From NCBI GenBank assembly GCA_024137785.1, contig JAHRHZ010000127.1, positions 2,484,612-2,548,611 of the forward strand: a stretch of 64,000 bases of DNA. The letters run 5' to 3'. Positions 10,777 to 25,560 of the stretch are shown here, in pieces; position 1 is the first letter of the stretch, and every line of letters starts with the position of its first letter. This DNA comes from Ginglymostoma cirratum (lineage: Eukaryota). The position numbers and the translations under genes are program-made. The notes beneath the pieces are model-generated. The model did not search any database. It had not been told where the DNA came from and saw nothing but the letters and a program-made list of their open reading frames with translations.

Positions 10777-13700
10777 ATTAGAGAATTACATTGCTTGGGC
10801 ACAGTGGAAGGTCAGTGCCTTGTCGCAAGATTCTTTCGTGTTCAATTTATAAACTGCTGAATGAATGCAAGCCTCCCCGGCTCTCACCCCACACCATTCT
10901 CCCCAATACCCCGCGTTTCTCACAGGAAGGGCTTTAAACAATGTTATCTTGACTTCATACACGCTAATCGCTGTTGACACAGCACATTCAGAATTTGGAG
11001 CATGAATGACCTCATGATCTACATGTCCATGACTTTGTATAAGATCGCTATAAAGATGCAAAATAGGCCATACAAACGCATTTCTCAAACCATACTTAAT
11101 TGCAGGTGACAACTTAATGGATATATGTGTTAGGAAACATTCTGATTGTCATTTGAGAAAGCAAGGGGAAAAAATCTATTTTTTCAGTGTTTTGTTGCAT
11201 ATGTGGGAAATTCATCTTGACATTGACAGAGTCGGCACCAGACTGCAAGTTTTGCAATGTTTGCAATGCCACTAGTCTGTACCAAGGCAAGTGAAATTGA
11301 GAAGAGTTTGCGGGGATGAATTATCCGTGCCAGTCGCACAACAGAGAGTCACTTGTTACCTGGAAATTGAACCCAGGACACAGTCATGGCAGCACCTAAC
11401 CCATAACACAAGAACATAAAATAACCTGTCTGCACAGATCGAAGGTACACTTCCAATAGTTGGGGAATCCCTATTGCCTTGCAGTCTACAAAGGTCCATT
11501 CGTTTTGTTCTTCATACAGAGGAACTCCCAATTTTAAAGCCAAAAAATGATATCAATATTCAGTAGCTCAGGCATCATCTAAGACAGAGACAAACGGAAT
11601 TAAAGTTTCAGATCCATGATCTTCCATCAGAACGTGGAAAAGTGACAGATGGAACGTGCTTGAAACAAATACAGAGAAGGCGAATGGAGGAGAGAAGGGA
11701 AAATTCAACGTGAAGCTCTCAAGTGGATGAGGAGACAGGAGATATTGAATAACAAAAGGGGATAGTTGAACTTAAAATAGGATAGGGATGGAATAAGAAT
11801 AGAAACAGCAGATAGAATCACGGCCCTGCTGCGGGAAATTATTTCCCATTCACCAAGATGACTTCTGCTCCACACTGAAAACTAGCAAACCATTTCCACT
11901 CACCCAGAGAATAATAATGTCATTGATCAAAGCTACGCAGGTCACACAGAAAGAAAAAGAAAGTCTTCGTTGTAACTTGAATGAGGTCCGTGGAGAGCGG
12001 GTCCTAAATTTCACTTCTATAAACTACAGGATCATATTTTTCTTGTCTGAATCCCACTGGAAGTAAATCTGCTGATCTTCTTTCCCCTGAAAGTGGCTAT
12101 TATTATTCTTTGACTTGGAAGATTTTGATTGGTACAGAGACTTAATTTAATGCTATCACTTTGAAATCGTCACCATTCATTGAACACCAGTCTGCAGCTG
12201 CAAGCTTGTCTCCCATTCACTTCCAGGAGAGTGCATGAATATTTCTTTGATAAACCAGCAAGTGAAATATGAAGAAACTTGCAAGAGAAATTCTCTACTT
12301 GAGGCTTGATATTACCAGCGAAATAGAGAGCTAGTGCTCACCCTCGAGGTTCTCAAAATCACAACCTGAGATAATAGAGAACTTGGATTCACTCTGTGTA
12401 GCACCAATAGTTAAATCAAACCTATCGGAGTAGCGTGAAATTTCCAGTTTTACCATTATTCACTTAACAAAAAAAACAATCTCCTGACGTAGCACCTGAG
12501 GCCACAGTAGATTTCACAATTATTGCCAAGGGCACTGGTACCTCCTCCCTTGCCTCTCTCAGTATAAAGCATAGATTACATCGAATCTGGCCTTGATTAG
12601 CAATCTAATTTTACGGCTGCTGAACCCGGAAGTAACTGCACACTGTCTACGTTATTTTCCAATATATCTAAGTTTTCTATACTCATGCCCGCACCTAGAT
12701 AGTACTTTCCATTGTGTAGATCGACGTAAATATGCTTTCAAAACTATACTTAAGTTTTCCAAGTCAACATACAGATTACATCTGGTGTCGATGATGGGCA
12801 ATATTCTTCGCCTAGTTCTTCCCTTAATCTAAAATATTACTTAATTTTCGTTTATTCCACCTATCAATTATTTTCCTGCATTGTCTTAAATTTCATGATT
12901 TAATTTAATGTCCCCTCCTGCAGTATTGCAGACCTCTAGGGACACTGCTGTATTTAGAATTCAGGAAGATTATCTTCCCCCTCCTCCACCTTTACTTCCA
13001 TTTTTTTTCTGTCACTTAATGTCAAGAGTTCTCTGGTCTTTGTCCTTGTCCTTCACAGGGACATATTTGCCCTGTATTTAGCTGTTGTTGATGAGAATGT
13101 AAATATCTGATAAAAGTTTTGATGCCTTTTGCAACAATGGGTTGTTTTTCTGAAGCGTGTTAGTGTTATTCGGGGACTGAAAAAAATATGCATTTATTCC
13201 ATCAGATTTGAAATGCAGGAAGTATATTTTATGAAAAAACTATCAGAAGCTTAATGTAGCAGAGGATATAAGAGTATTCAAAAGAATACTTAACACTTTG
13301 TCTGTCACTTTGCTTGACCTGATGGCATTTTACTATTTTAGATATGTCGGTCTACTTGTTACTTTCTGGGTGGAGTCGCACAGTGTAACTGCGCACCAGG
13401 GATACCTCCTAACAAGTGTCTTTTTGTGCACAATCGGAGGAAGTGAATATTTAGCTCATTCTCCTTAACATTAATAGGCAGCGAAACAGTTCTCCAAGGA
13501 GCAGGGTGGAGCAATAGCACTATGCTCGATCCAAAACCAAGAGAATGATAGATGCAAATCCATCATAATGATTTTATATACAAAAGCTACATTGAATTTG
13601 ATTCACTGGATGCTGTGTAGTAATCCCCTGCCTTATTTTGATAGAAAGATTTCTCTGTGACATGGGACATCGAGAAGGACAAAGACATCAGCAGACCGAT

Positions 13701-14329
13701 GACAACATCAGATTGTAGACATGGTTAATCATTGTTGGGCAGGATATCACAGTTATTTCTTAATCACTGACTTTGAATATGGAAGTCTGGCTGCAAAAAT
13801 TACAACGAACTGTTTAACTTTGTTCCTTCAGCTTTACATTAGAGACAAGTTTTACTAATTACTTCTTCGTGTTTATTATTGTTTATTCTCTTAGTTTATT
13901 TGTTGATAACTGATTAAAGTTTAACATGTTAACTCTAATTCCAGCATCACTGGTGTTAATTATAGAGAAATCTATGTGCGTCGTCTTTGAACCCTACACG
14001 TGGCATGAAACAAAACTGAACTCGCTGACTGCCAGATGTTCCTTTAATTTCTGATGTTCAATTACGTTTGACTCAAGCCTCATTTTATGCTCATATGGAC
14101 CCGTGTCGTTCGTCCATACATCAACGTGGAGGGCAGGAAATATTTAAGGTCAGAAGAGTTGGTAATGCAAGGCCGAGCATGGTGGGAAAGGGACAAAAAC
14201 AGCAGCTAATTATGAGCCAAAGTGAAGTGTGGAAATTGCATTCGTGAATGTCTGCCACCCGAAAGTAAAACGGGAGATAAATGAGAATCAAACTAAAATC
14301 CACAACAATATTCGGAAGAACATGGCGGT

Positions 14330-14885
14330 ACAGCAACAGAAGTTGCTGGAAAAGCTCAGCATCAGTGAAGAAAAGATAAGGGTTAACATTTCGGGTCCGG
14401 TGACCATTCTTCATAAATGATGGTGGCTGGGAAAACGTCAGTTTATAAGCAGAGAAAAGGGAGGGGGTGGGTAGGGAGTAAACAGTAGGATAGACCCTAA
14501 AGAGGGAGAAGAATAGTTGGACAGACAAAGGCTGGGAGGGTGAATAATTTTTAATAGGGACTGTTCGGGACTAACAACAGATGGTGTGTAATGGCAGGCT
14601 ATGTGATAACAAGGCCTGGTGTGTGGCATAGGGTCTAGGACATGGGAGATTTTAGGCCCTAAAATGATTGAACTCGATCTTGTGTCCGGAAGACTGCAGC
14701 GTCCTAGCGGAAAATGAGATGTTGTTCTTCCAGCTTACGTTGAGCTTTGCTAGAACGCTGCAGCAAGCCAGAGACAGAGATGTTGGCCAGGGAGCAGGAT
14801 GCTGTGTTGAAGTGGCAGGCAACAGGTAACTCGAAGTCTTTTTTCCGAGCAGAAGTCGATGTTCTGTGAATCTGTTACCCAGTCA
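14330..14885 (-). mobile_element. Penelope-like element 3' fragment (endonuclease tail plus terminal repeat)
   Basis: Minus strand carries the degenerate EN tail (PVACHFN...SLANISVSGLLQ...RKLEEQHLIFR), homologous to 37330-37560. Confidence 0.8.
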
Positions 14886-16394
14886 AAAGAAAATGATGGC
14901 ACAGGTTACGTTTTGAAATTGTTGAATTCCATGTTGAGTCTGGAAGGCTGCGAAATGCTTGTTAAAAGATAAGGGTTTGCACGTCTAATGAACATTGGAT
15001 TCATTATAACTGTTTCAGCTGTAAGTTCGGGCCTTGGAAGGATCAAGAAGTGGTAATGCAAAATTCAAGCTATCAAAGAAAATATACTCCCAATTTGCCT
15101 TTATTAGAAGTTCTGAGATACAGATATTTCAGATTGAGGACAGGATTTGAGGGGACGTGCATAATAATTTTGTTCCTTTGTAAATCACGGCGTGCCATTT
15201 ACTTCCTGCAGGGTGGGGCTGACGTGGACCATCAACAATTTCAAAAGTATATTGGGCGTATAGCTCTGGGAAATAAACTTATAGGCCTCTGGAATAACGT
15301 AGCTGAAAGGGAATGACTAAGTTTCTCGACAATCTCTGTAACAGCCTGTGAGAAGGCACCAGTGGCTCATATTTCTTTTCTGTTCTTTGTTGCTTTGTCT
15401 GCGTCTCTGCAGCTGACTGCTACTGAGCACGACTCTAAGGGACTGAGTGCTTTACACAAATTCAATCAATCTGAGATAGATGCAGACAGACAATAACTCC
15501 CAGCCGCTTCCATCAAACACGTTGATCGCAATGTTCTTCCAGTGTTTCCTAATAATTAATTTGTGAAGACGAGCATATGAACACAAGACTACTTTTGCGG
15601 AAAGATTCCACATTATGTCACTTTAGCGACCTGTTTTCACTGGACTGTCCCAGTAACACGACATCGTTTAGTCAGTCTAAAATTAAAATCTATTTGTGAT
15701 TGTTCGGAATGAATTTTATTCGCGTCAATCTGTTCTTTGCCAACACCCATCTCCCTAAACTCTTGGTGATTGGCAGAAACAAAAACATACATACGCACTT
15801 TCCTATAAATATGCTCCTGGCCTGCGGCAAGTGCTTTAAAACAGCCACCAATGGAGATAACCTTGTCATGGGGACGGAAGCAAACAATAATGTCTTGGGC
15901 TGAGGGTAGAATAGAAGGAAACTGTTATTGAGGAACGTTGCTGATTTCTATCCATAAAATAGTTCTGTACCGGAGTCACTGGGCACATAGCGTTTACTCT
16001 ACTTTCTTTCCACCAATTTGCCAGACCTGCTGATTTTCTCCAGCAATTTTTGATTTTATTTCCGATCTTCAGGATCCACAGATATTTGTCTTAATTCTTT
16101 TTTCGGATTCAGTACCAGTTTTACGTTGTTTGTTGTTTATCCAGAGCGCACCTGCTCAGAGTGATCGTGTAAAGGAGTGGTGCTCGCTGAAGTTCTTGCA
16201 ATGAATTAGCCAGCGAGAAGTCCATTTTTCAAATCATTGTGGAATCCTGACATTTTTTATTTTCCTTCTAATTATGCTAGTGCCTCGGTTTGTATTTTTT
16301 TGGAGGGAGCCACTCTCAACAAGATGGGATTTCCTGCAATCGTGAATGCATCAAATAAACATGTGAGAACGTGAAAACAAAGCCAAAAGAGAGT

Positions 16395-16935
16395 TTTGCC
16401 AAAAAAATCAAGTTTGGAGTGTATCTTCCAGCTGAAATATTGCATCCAACACTGAGTACAATATTTTAGTAGGGGTTTTAAGGTATTGGATACAGACTTA
16501 AAAAAGAAGTTGAGAATATATTCAGGATGCGGAATTGTCAGTTATGAATATAGATTGAAAAAACTCGGACTGTTCGCTTCGAAGAAGAGAGGGCTGAGAT
16601 GAGTTCTGCTTGAAGTGATCAAAATAATGAAAGGTTCGAACAGAGCAAAGAGGAAGAAAAGATTCTCTGTCGTGAAAAAGTGGAGACACAAATGTAAAAT
16701 AATTAGTGAAGGAAGAAAAAAATGAAGTCAGGGGAAAGTTTTTCACAGAAAATAGATTGGGCTGTGAATACACCGGCTCAGTGAATGCAGATTCAAAACA
16801 GAATTAGCTAATTATTTGAACAATGTGCCACGCTTCAGGAAGTAGGCAACAGAATGAAGTAACCTCGATTCATATTGGGAGAGCTGGCATTAAAAAGTAA
16901 TACCTGCCGAATGCTCTCCTGGCACGCTATAACCC
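16395..16935 (+). mobile_element. old CR1-group LINE 3' fragment
   Basis: Degenerate LEYNI..; YEYRLKKLGLFASKKRGLR motif typical of the CR1 ORF2 C-terminus. Confidence 0.6.
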
Positions 16936-18427
16936 ATGTGACATCTCCGTGGAAACATGGCTTGATGGTTAGGAACTGGCATCAGTTTCATGGCAGAGGG
17001 CTCCGTTACACAACAGTAAGCGCAGTATCACAACAAACTACATGATGATAGACTAGACAACACCAAACCAGAACAGAAAGCCCAGTTAAACATCAGTAAA
17101 CAATGTGACATATTCGGAAGCGTACAGACAGGACATGGAGACGAAAACGATAAAAGTACAGTGCAGAAAGCAAAATAGATATCAGGGACAAGGTGATGCA
17201 ATAGGACAGTTATGAAGCAGATGGGACCGTTCACTGTAATGAGCACGGTTCCTGGAAGAAATCAACGTGGTAGTGCGGATAACATTTATATCGCATATTG
17301 CAGAATCTCACAGGTACTAATATATTTCTCACAAGGACAGAGCTATTTTTACATAACAGAGAATCCATCTTCGCATAAATGATCACTCTACATCTCAGTT
17401 TCTAACCTAGTCGTTCGACTTGTTTGTAATTCTGTGTGTCTTGCTGCTTCTGTATACGCTTTGGACTATATTGTCTGGGGGTACACAATGGAACTATACA
17501 ACCAGTATAAGACCACAACACGTGTATTCCTGTTCAAAACAATAAGAAGGTACATATTGGTCTCGTTCATCATAACAATAATAAATAGAAAATAAAATGA
17601 AAACTGCATGCAGCAAAACGGTACAATGAGAGGACACTGGGACCTGAAGTCGAGGGAAAAAAGTCTCCACCGCTGTTCGCATGAACACTGCACAGAAATG
17701 CTTGTTGTTTTGTGACTTACATATATTATTTTACAATGCATTTGCATCATTTTCCTGCTTCTAGGGAACACTTCATTCTTTCAAATCGCACTTAGTCTCA
17801 CACAGGCTCAAACAATAGATGCTGCACGCATGCACTCACAGAGATGAGATTATTCCTTTCTACTCAGCCTTTTTCTCCCTAGGGAGCGAAAAAGGCGTGA
17901 TCGTATGAATGAATTTCACCTATTCTCTCTCATGCTGTGGTGATCTAAAAAGAGACTATTTTCCTTGAGGTGAAACAACATGATGCTTACACATATTAGC
18001 CGCAATCTCTCTGATCCACAGGCCGTCTGAACTGATTTCCACTCCAGTGTAGGTAATAACGTCCTCCCTGCAAACAGAAAGATCCAGTAAGACAAGAAAC
18101 AGAATCACATCATAGAGACAGTTGATCAATACTGGGAATGATGTCAGCATTCCCTATTACTGAATGATTTAAACGTCATCTTCAAACAGCAGTAATCATC
18201 ATGGATGGCCCAAATTTGTTCCGTCAGTGTCAGATTATATTGCATTAAATACTTCTCTCAATGTCTCTGCTTATTTCTTATTTAACTTTTCTAATGTAGC
18301 CGAATGTCTACCTGGAACACATTGCAGTCAGTCAAAGCTGGCTGGTCATCATTCTTGATGAATAACTCTGGCTCTTTCCTCATTCCGATGCCCATGGTAC
18401 CCGTTCTCCTGTCCATCTTGCAGGGCA

Positions 18428-19260
18428 AAATACCACAAGATATAGGAACAGAATTACATCATTCGGCCAACGGAATCTTTTCCACCATTTGACCATGCCT
18501 TTAATGTTTGTGAATTCATTTAACTCATTACTAATAAAGAACCCATTTATCTCCGCCTTGATTACACTCAATGACTTGGCATCCACATCTTTTTGCGGCA
18601 GAGTTCCACAGAATCAATACCCTCAGTCTGAATAAATTCTTTCTCCCCATTCCACTGTGCTGCCCTTTTACTTCGAGACTGTAGCCTCGGGTTCTAGTCT
18701 ATCCTGCTATTAGAAACATATCCTGTACGTCCACTCCACCCAGGCTTCTCGGTATTTTGCAAGTTTCAATGAGAACCACTCGTCCTTCTACACTCCATTA
18801 TGCACAGGCCAGAATCCTCACCCGCTCCTCATTTGACAAGCCCTTCAGTTCCACATCATTGTGATGAACATTCTTTGGACCTCTTCCAAGGCCAGCATAT
18901 GTGTCTTGAGATATGAGCTCCAAAACTGCTCATAATGTTTCAAATACAGCCTGGCAGATACTCGTATAGCCTTAACACCCTGCTCCTGCATTTTAGATCT
19001 CTCTGAATGAACTCATAAGTCTTTTTGTGCTTCAGATTGCCGAAGCCTTTCCCCGTTTAGATATAGTCTGTGCCCCTATTCTTCCTATCACAGCCAACCC
19101 AAAAAACACCTCTTTACCCTTACTCTCTGTAATTTGCCAGTCAGGCAATTTTCTATCTGTGCCAGTACATTGCCCCTTACACTATGGATTCTTTGTTTAT
19201 TTAACAGCCACCTGTGCGGCAGTTAGTCAACGACCTTCTGGAAATTCACCGACACAAAGA
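18428..19260 (-). mobile_element. CR1-group LINE 3' fragment
   Basis: Minus strand has degenerate LKHYEQFWSSYLK..LALEEVQRMF followed by a typical CR1 3' UTR. Confidence 0.75.
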
Positions 19261-22200
19261 TATACAACATAAAGAACAAGGAAGGAATAGATGATAAAAG
19301 AGTGATTGAAGCTAAGTTGGGTCGATTGGAAAGTGACAAGTAAAGAACCCAGAGATGCACTGAAATGTGTGAGTGCGATAATGATGACCATATGCTAATT
19401 GGAATTAAAATAGCAGAAAATTGTGAGTCTAACCAAAGTTCACAATGATCCGGGAATAGAAATGGGGACAAGAGGTATAATTAAGCATTGTTGAATTAAA
19501 TCCTCAATCTGAAAAGCTGCTCAGCAGTTAATTGAAAGATGAGTGTTCAATCGTTCGGCCTACATTGTGGTTCATCACAAATTCACTCTAAAATTGAATT
19601 TGGGGCTTCGAGGAAATATAAGGAAAATCATATCACTACTGCTTATATGCCTTACTCTTTAAAAAGAAAAGAGATTTCTTCTCTGATTTCAGAGATTGGA
19701 AAGTTCAGCACCACGATTTGGTTGCAGCAGTTATAATTCCCCTCGTTTCAGCAAATGAAAATGCATAGTGGGCAGCGGAAATAATTTTGGGAGAGATGTA
19801 CAATAGTGTGACAAAGTTAGAACAAGTACACAAAGAAAAGCAGCTCGCATTAATTAATAGCAGAAGGCGGTGGAAACAGATTTGAGATTGAAAGCAAAAG
19901 TGCAGAAGGAATGCGCATAAAAACACTATTCCGGTGTGGGAAATGGCCAAAACTCGTTAACGACAGATATGGTGGAGGCAGAAAAGATCAATAATTTCAA
20001 AGGAAGCTGAGTGGTAACGTCGAAATATTGTAGCAGGGCAATCGCACTGACTGGATTTTTGTACAGAGATTCAGAATAGGGTCGATGCATTAAATGAATA
20101 TGTTGTGTCCTAGTCAGCTATTGGTATAAATAAGTAATGATTCAAAAATTATTTGTTTGGATGGTGTCTGTGTGATTTGCTTTTGCAGTTTATCTGACCA
20201 TTTGAGAACTTGGACCGAAAAGAAGATAGAAAATTGATTACAGTTTAAGTTCTTTGACTGTAGTGTTTTTTTCTTCCTTTTGAATGAAGGCATTAGATAT
20301 TCGTTTGGAAAAGTGAACTAAATAGTCAATTTCTAGGGGAAACTATAACTTATGTCAAATCACTGTCAATCTACACGGGAAATTAATTGATGATGTATTT
20401 ACAAAGTTGAATTCTTACAATGTCACAGTGGAAGCTGGTAGTGGAAATAAAGTACATTAACTTCAGAAGAAATGTTTCATATCAGCAGTATGGCAGAGAC
20501 TTTTTTGTTGACAGAAGTATCTAGACGTGAAGGAAACTTTCAAGCTGTTTGAACTGAAATGAAAGATAATGTTTCTAGGTTTCATTTATGAGTGCAATAA
20601 GCACATGTTCTTTTATTGACAGACCATTGCCAGTCTTTGTTGGAATATGTTCAGTGACTGAATAACACGACAAAACGAAGGGCAAAATTAATAATTTTGA
20701 TGTATCAGGTCATGTTTCAACCTGGGATCTGACCTGTCTAGTATTGCCATCAGTTGAAATCCCAATTTTGTTTTACATTTCTCTCGAAGTATGCTTGATA
20801 GTGAATATTATACCGTTGATTCTCGAGAGATCAGAAGCAGTGATATTAATTTACATTGGTATCTAAGTCGCTCTCAGTGACTAGCTATTCATTTGAAATT
20901 GTTCCTATTTTCCAACGCATTCTGTTTACGTTTCAACATAGCTTAGAATCATTTTAAATATAACAGTAATCATGAGATTTTGCAATGATTGCGTTCCACT
21001 TTTTCCATGATGAATTTTCACACTGACTAGTGAACTGACACTGCTGAATATGGTCTATGAATGTTTCATGCTTGGTCCTGTCCGACAAGAGCCAGTCCTG
21101 ATGTGGTGGAAATTCATTTTACTAACAGGTAGTACGTTTTCAACGCTCTAAATCTGGCCGCAGAATCAACATTTATGCTGAAGATGACCACATTCACTTA
21201 GTTCACACGGAAAAAAAGCAGACAGCTGATGATTCGGCATGCAGCACATAGGAGATAAGACTGCGGAAGGATTCCGCTAAAGGACTGCAAATCAACTGCA
21301 TCCTATCCTTCTACATTATTTGTTGACTATTCCCTTGCCTTTCTCACAGACAATTTCAGAATAACTGGCATCATGTCAGATTAAAGGGGTTTTCATGAAC
21401 TGTCTTGACATGACTTAAATATCGATTTTTTTGCATGTTTATTGAGAATAAGAATGTGAACTGAGTTATTGAAGAGAAACTGTTTGCTTTGGTATGGTGT
21501 GTCATTTCAAAGTTGAAGAAGCTCAATCTGAGCTGATGGCACTAACAACGTGACAAGCTGGAAATATCCAACAAACACGTCTCCTCAGGCCATGAAGCAA
21601 CAGAAAAAAATACAAACGAGCCTCAGAATTTTAATTAACGTTCTAAGTCCCGTGACAATTCTTCAGAACCCTGACCCGAAATGGGTCACTTGAAACAAAA
21701 CATTAAATCTGACGTTTTTCTTCACAGATGCTGCCAGACCTGCTGTGCTCCCAGCAACTTCGGTCTTTTTTCCTATTTTACAACATCTGCAGTTCTTTCG
21801 GTTTCTATTCAGAATTTTAATAACGTCTGGGTTTAGTACAGCCGCACCAGAATCACACCCGATTAAAAAAACATGAAGTCAATATAGCGCAATAATAACG
21901 CAGAATGGTTACAACAGAGAAGGAGATCATACCCTCTTCATATCCTGTCTATTCTCGAGAATTTAAATGATACATATACCCCTTAAGGTATAACACGATG
22001 ATTTTAAAAAATCGTTGAGCAGACAGAGAAAATTGTTCCGACAGAAGAAAAAAAAAGAAAAAAATATGCGTAGTGAATCGAGTAGGTGTTGCTCCAGACA
22101 AACGGCAGTGGAAGTTTAAAGTATCTCCTGAAAAATCTCTCTGGAGATGGGCTGTCAAGTTAGAAACCGAAACATGTAAACTGACAGCTTTTTTTTTAGG

Positions 22201-23084
22201 TAATGATTTGAAAGTTCACGGAATCAATCCACGAAAGAGAAGTGCGGATACCGAAAAACATTGATTTAATAAAATGGCAGATAAGATTTGAGGGGAATTT
22301 AGCAAGGACATAAGAACATTTTTGGGTAGACTCCATTTTCTGGAGCTCCTTGTTGATGTCTATTTACCACCTCGTTTAACGCCATCCTTAAACTTTTTTG
22401 AATCATGCAGTGTTGCAATGGCAGTGGGAGAGTTTGTGGTCAAAAGGAAGCAAGTCTAATTCATATTGGAAGATTGCATGTCTAAGTCAAGTCAGCCTTA
22501 TGCGAATTTAATGCTTCTAGTGTTCCTAAGATTTTAAATCCGGGCATAGTTGGTGGACTGGTTTGATTATAATTCAACGATGAGTCTCAACAACAATCTT
22601 GTTTACAGCTATTCCAGATTTACGCACAGGTTTCAATATCACTTTTATGTCAGAATAAAGTTTTGTTGTGTGGAGTGTTCATTGTTTGTACAATTGGTGT
22701 GTTACCCAGTGAAATAAATTGAAGAAAATATATTTATTACGGGGTCCTGAAGAAAAATCATATCAGATTCGAAATTTTAACTCTGTAACTCTCTTCACCG
22801 CTGAGTTCCTCAAGCATTCACTTTATTTGTTGGACAAGTCCCCTGAAGTGCATATATACTTAGCACGATTGATTTCAAATTAACCAGGTCCAGGACAACA
22901 CACCTTCAACCATAATGAGCTGCTCTATTTAATTTAAGTTTATTTGTTCAGAATTTAATTTGTAACTGTGGATATATCAGCAAGTCTGCAATATCTGTAG
23001 TCAATGGTGTTGCGGGATTTCCTGAGTGCTTGCAGCATTCTCTTTTAGGCTTTCAGTCTGTAACATCAGCATATTTGCATCATA

Positions 23085-24810
23085 TACACGGGCATCATTG
23101 TTCCTACCAGCATTTAGTGCCCGTCTCAAGTTGCCCATGAGAAGTGGTGGTGGGCTACTTTCTTGAACCACTACAATCCATTTGCTGTAGATAGACCCAC
23201 ACTTTCGTTCGGCAGAGAATTTTAGGATTTTGAACCAGCGACAGTAAGGAACAGCAATATATTTCCAAGTCAGCATAATGCCTGGCCTGGCGGAGAACCT
23301 GAAGACGGTCGTGTTCTCATGCATCTGCCTCCCTGTCCTCCTGGATCAAATTGGGAATGTCTAAGGATCTTTGACGAATTTCGGTAGTCCATCTTGTTAA
23401 TGGTGCACACATCTGTTATTAAGGATCGGTTGTGGAGTGATTGAGTTTTTGTGGATACAATGTCAATAAGGCAGATTGCTTTGTCCGGCATGGCGTCAAG
23501 CTTCTTAAGTGTTGTTAGAGCTGCATTTATCGAAGCAAGTGGCCAATATTCTTTCTGACTCCTGATTTGTGACTTGTAGATACCGAACAGAGTTAGAGGA
23601 GTCTGGAGCTGACATATGTGCTATTGTATTCCTAGTTTCTGACCTGCTCTTGAAGCAGTTGTATTTATATGGAGACTAGATCCACTTTCAGTCAATTGTA
23701 ACTCCCATGACTTTGACAGAAGGGGAGTCAGTTGTGGTAATGCAATTGACTTTCAAGAGGCAGTGTTTAGATTGGCTCTTATTGGAAATGTTTATTGCCT
23801 GACACTTGTCTGGCATGAATGTGATTTGTGACTTTTCAGTCAAAACTGGTTATTCTCCAAATCTTGTTGGATTTGGACAGGGACTAGTTTGGCAGTGAGG
23901 AGGTAGACGAATGGTATCGAACATTGTGCACTCGTAGGCGGGCACCACACTTCTGACCTTATGACAAAGGGAGGTTCATTGATGAAGCAGTTTCTGAGGA
24001 TTGTTCAAGAACACTACCCTGACAAACCACTGGAACTGAGATGACTGAACACTAACAACCACAATAATATTTGTGTGCACTGGCTAAGATTCCAACAAGC
24101 GGAGATTTCTCCCTTGATTTACATTGAATCCAGTTTGGCCGTGTCTGCTTGATGCCACACTCTGCCAACTGCAGCCTCGATGTCAAGGACAGTCACTCCT
24201 ATCTCACTGCTGGAGTTCCTCTCTTTTATACATGTTTGAACGAAGGTTGTCGTGAATATTGAAGCTGGGTGGTCCCTGTAGAATATAAGCTGACTGTCAA
24301 TGAGCAGATTTTGGATAAGCAGGTGCTACATGATAATTCTGTTTTTGACACATTCTATCACTTTATTGATGATCCAGAGCAGACTGGGTGGGGAGATAAT
24401 AGGACAGGTTGGATTTGTTGTGCTTTTTGTGCAAAGCGTATACCTGGGCAATTTTTCACATTTGCAGAGTAAATGCCAGTGTTGAAGTTGGACTGGAACA
24501 GCTTGTCTAGGAAGCGCTAAGTTCTGGAAGCACATATAATCAGTACTGTTGCCGAAAGGTTGTCGGTGCCCAAAGCCTTTGCAGTATTCGTTGTCTACAA
24601 CAGCTTCGTGATATCACTTGAAGTCAATCAAACTGGCTGAGTACTGGCATCTGTGACGTAGAGGACTGCTAAAGAAGACTGAGATGGATCATCCGTTTGG
24701 CATTTCTGACCGAATGTTGTTAAGAGATTTTCAGCCTTGTCTTTTATACTGACTGCTGCGCTCCCTCATTATTGATAATGTGGATATTTGTTAAGTTTCT
24801 TCCTCCAGTG
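23085..24810 (-). mobile_element. degenerate non-LTR retrotransposon (CR1/L2-group RT plus 3' UTR)
   Basis: Minus strand around 24150-24200 reads VTVLDIEAAVGRVWHQ (RT motif xLDxxxAFDxVWH). Its 3' UTR is shared with fragments at 29440 and 33160. Confidence 0.75.
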
Positions 24811-25560
24811 ATTTGGAAAGGAGGACTTTGCAGGTCCGACAGGGATACTTTATTTTGTCATTCCCAATGCGTGGATCGAGGCCAGATGGTAAGTCCTGAT
24901 TTATTTCGTTTTGTACACACTAAATGAACTCGTAATAACTAGGCCTGTGCACCTCGAATATGCAATGCATGAAACAGATTTTACATTCTATGTGATAGAT
25001 AGAACCACGTTGCTCCTGATCAGTGAGTATACGGGTTGAATCATAATCAGGAATGAAATTTTGATAGTTCTTTTTTTGAAAATTTGTATTTCTCAGCCAG
25101 GATAACAAAGAACATTCATTTGGCCTGTGTCGAGAAAGATTTTGTTTAAGTATAAGCAAAATTAATTCCAGTTATCCTGTAGGCTTTGAGTATTTTATTT
25201 TCAAGCTGTCAGATCCCTTGGGGTAAAAAAAAGATTTATTCCATCAAGATATAAACAATAAGTGAGCAGCAGCTGCAGCAATTTGTTTGTTGTAATGATT
25301 GCAGTAAAGGTATATCGAAATATAAACTAATCTCCCTATAGTCTGACATCCATTATAAACATCGCCATTTCTCTGTGATATGCTCACTCAGACTTCCTGA
25401 GAGAAATGCATACATTGCTAACAGGTCTTGTGTTCACCATTTAGAATCTCATCCTTGCAGCTATCGGGCTTCAAGGTACTGTAGTTCCTTTGAAACGGCT
25501 TGGTCTACTGATTCGCGACAGGAATTTGACTATTTTGCAAGCAACACTTCTCTTTCATGA

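Noticed and set aside
12330-12640. Possible tRNA/snRNA remnant and CCGGAAGT motif
   Set aside because: Only short matches; no cloverleaf or snRNA consensus could be reconstructed.
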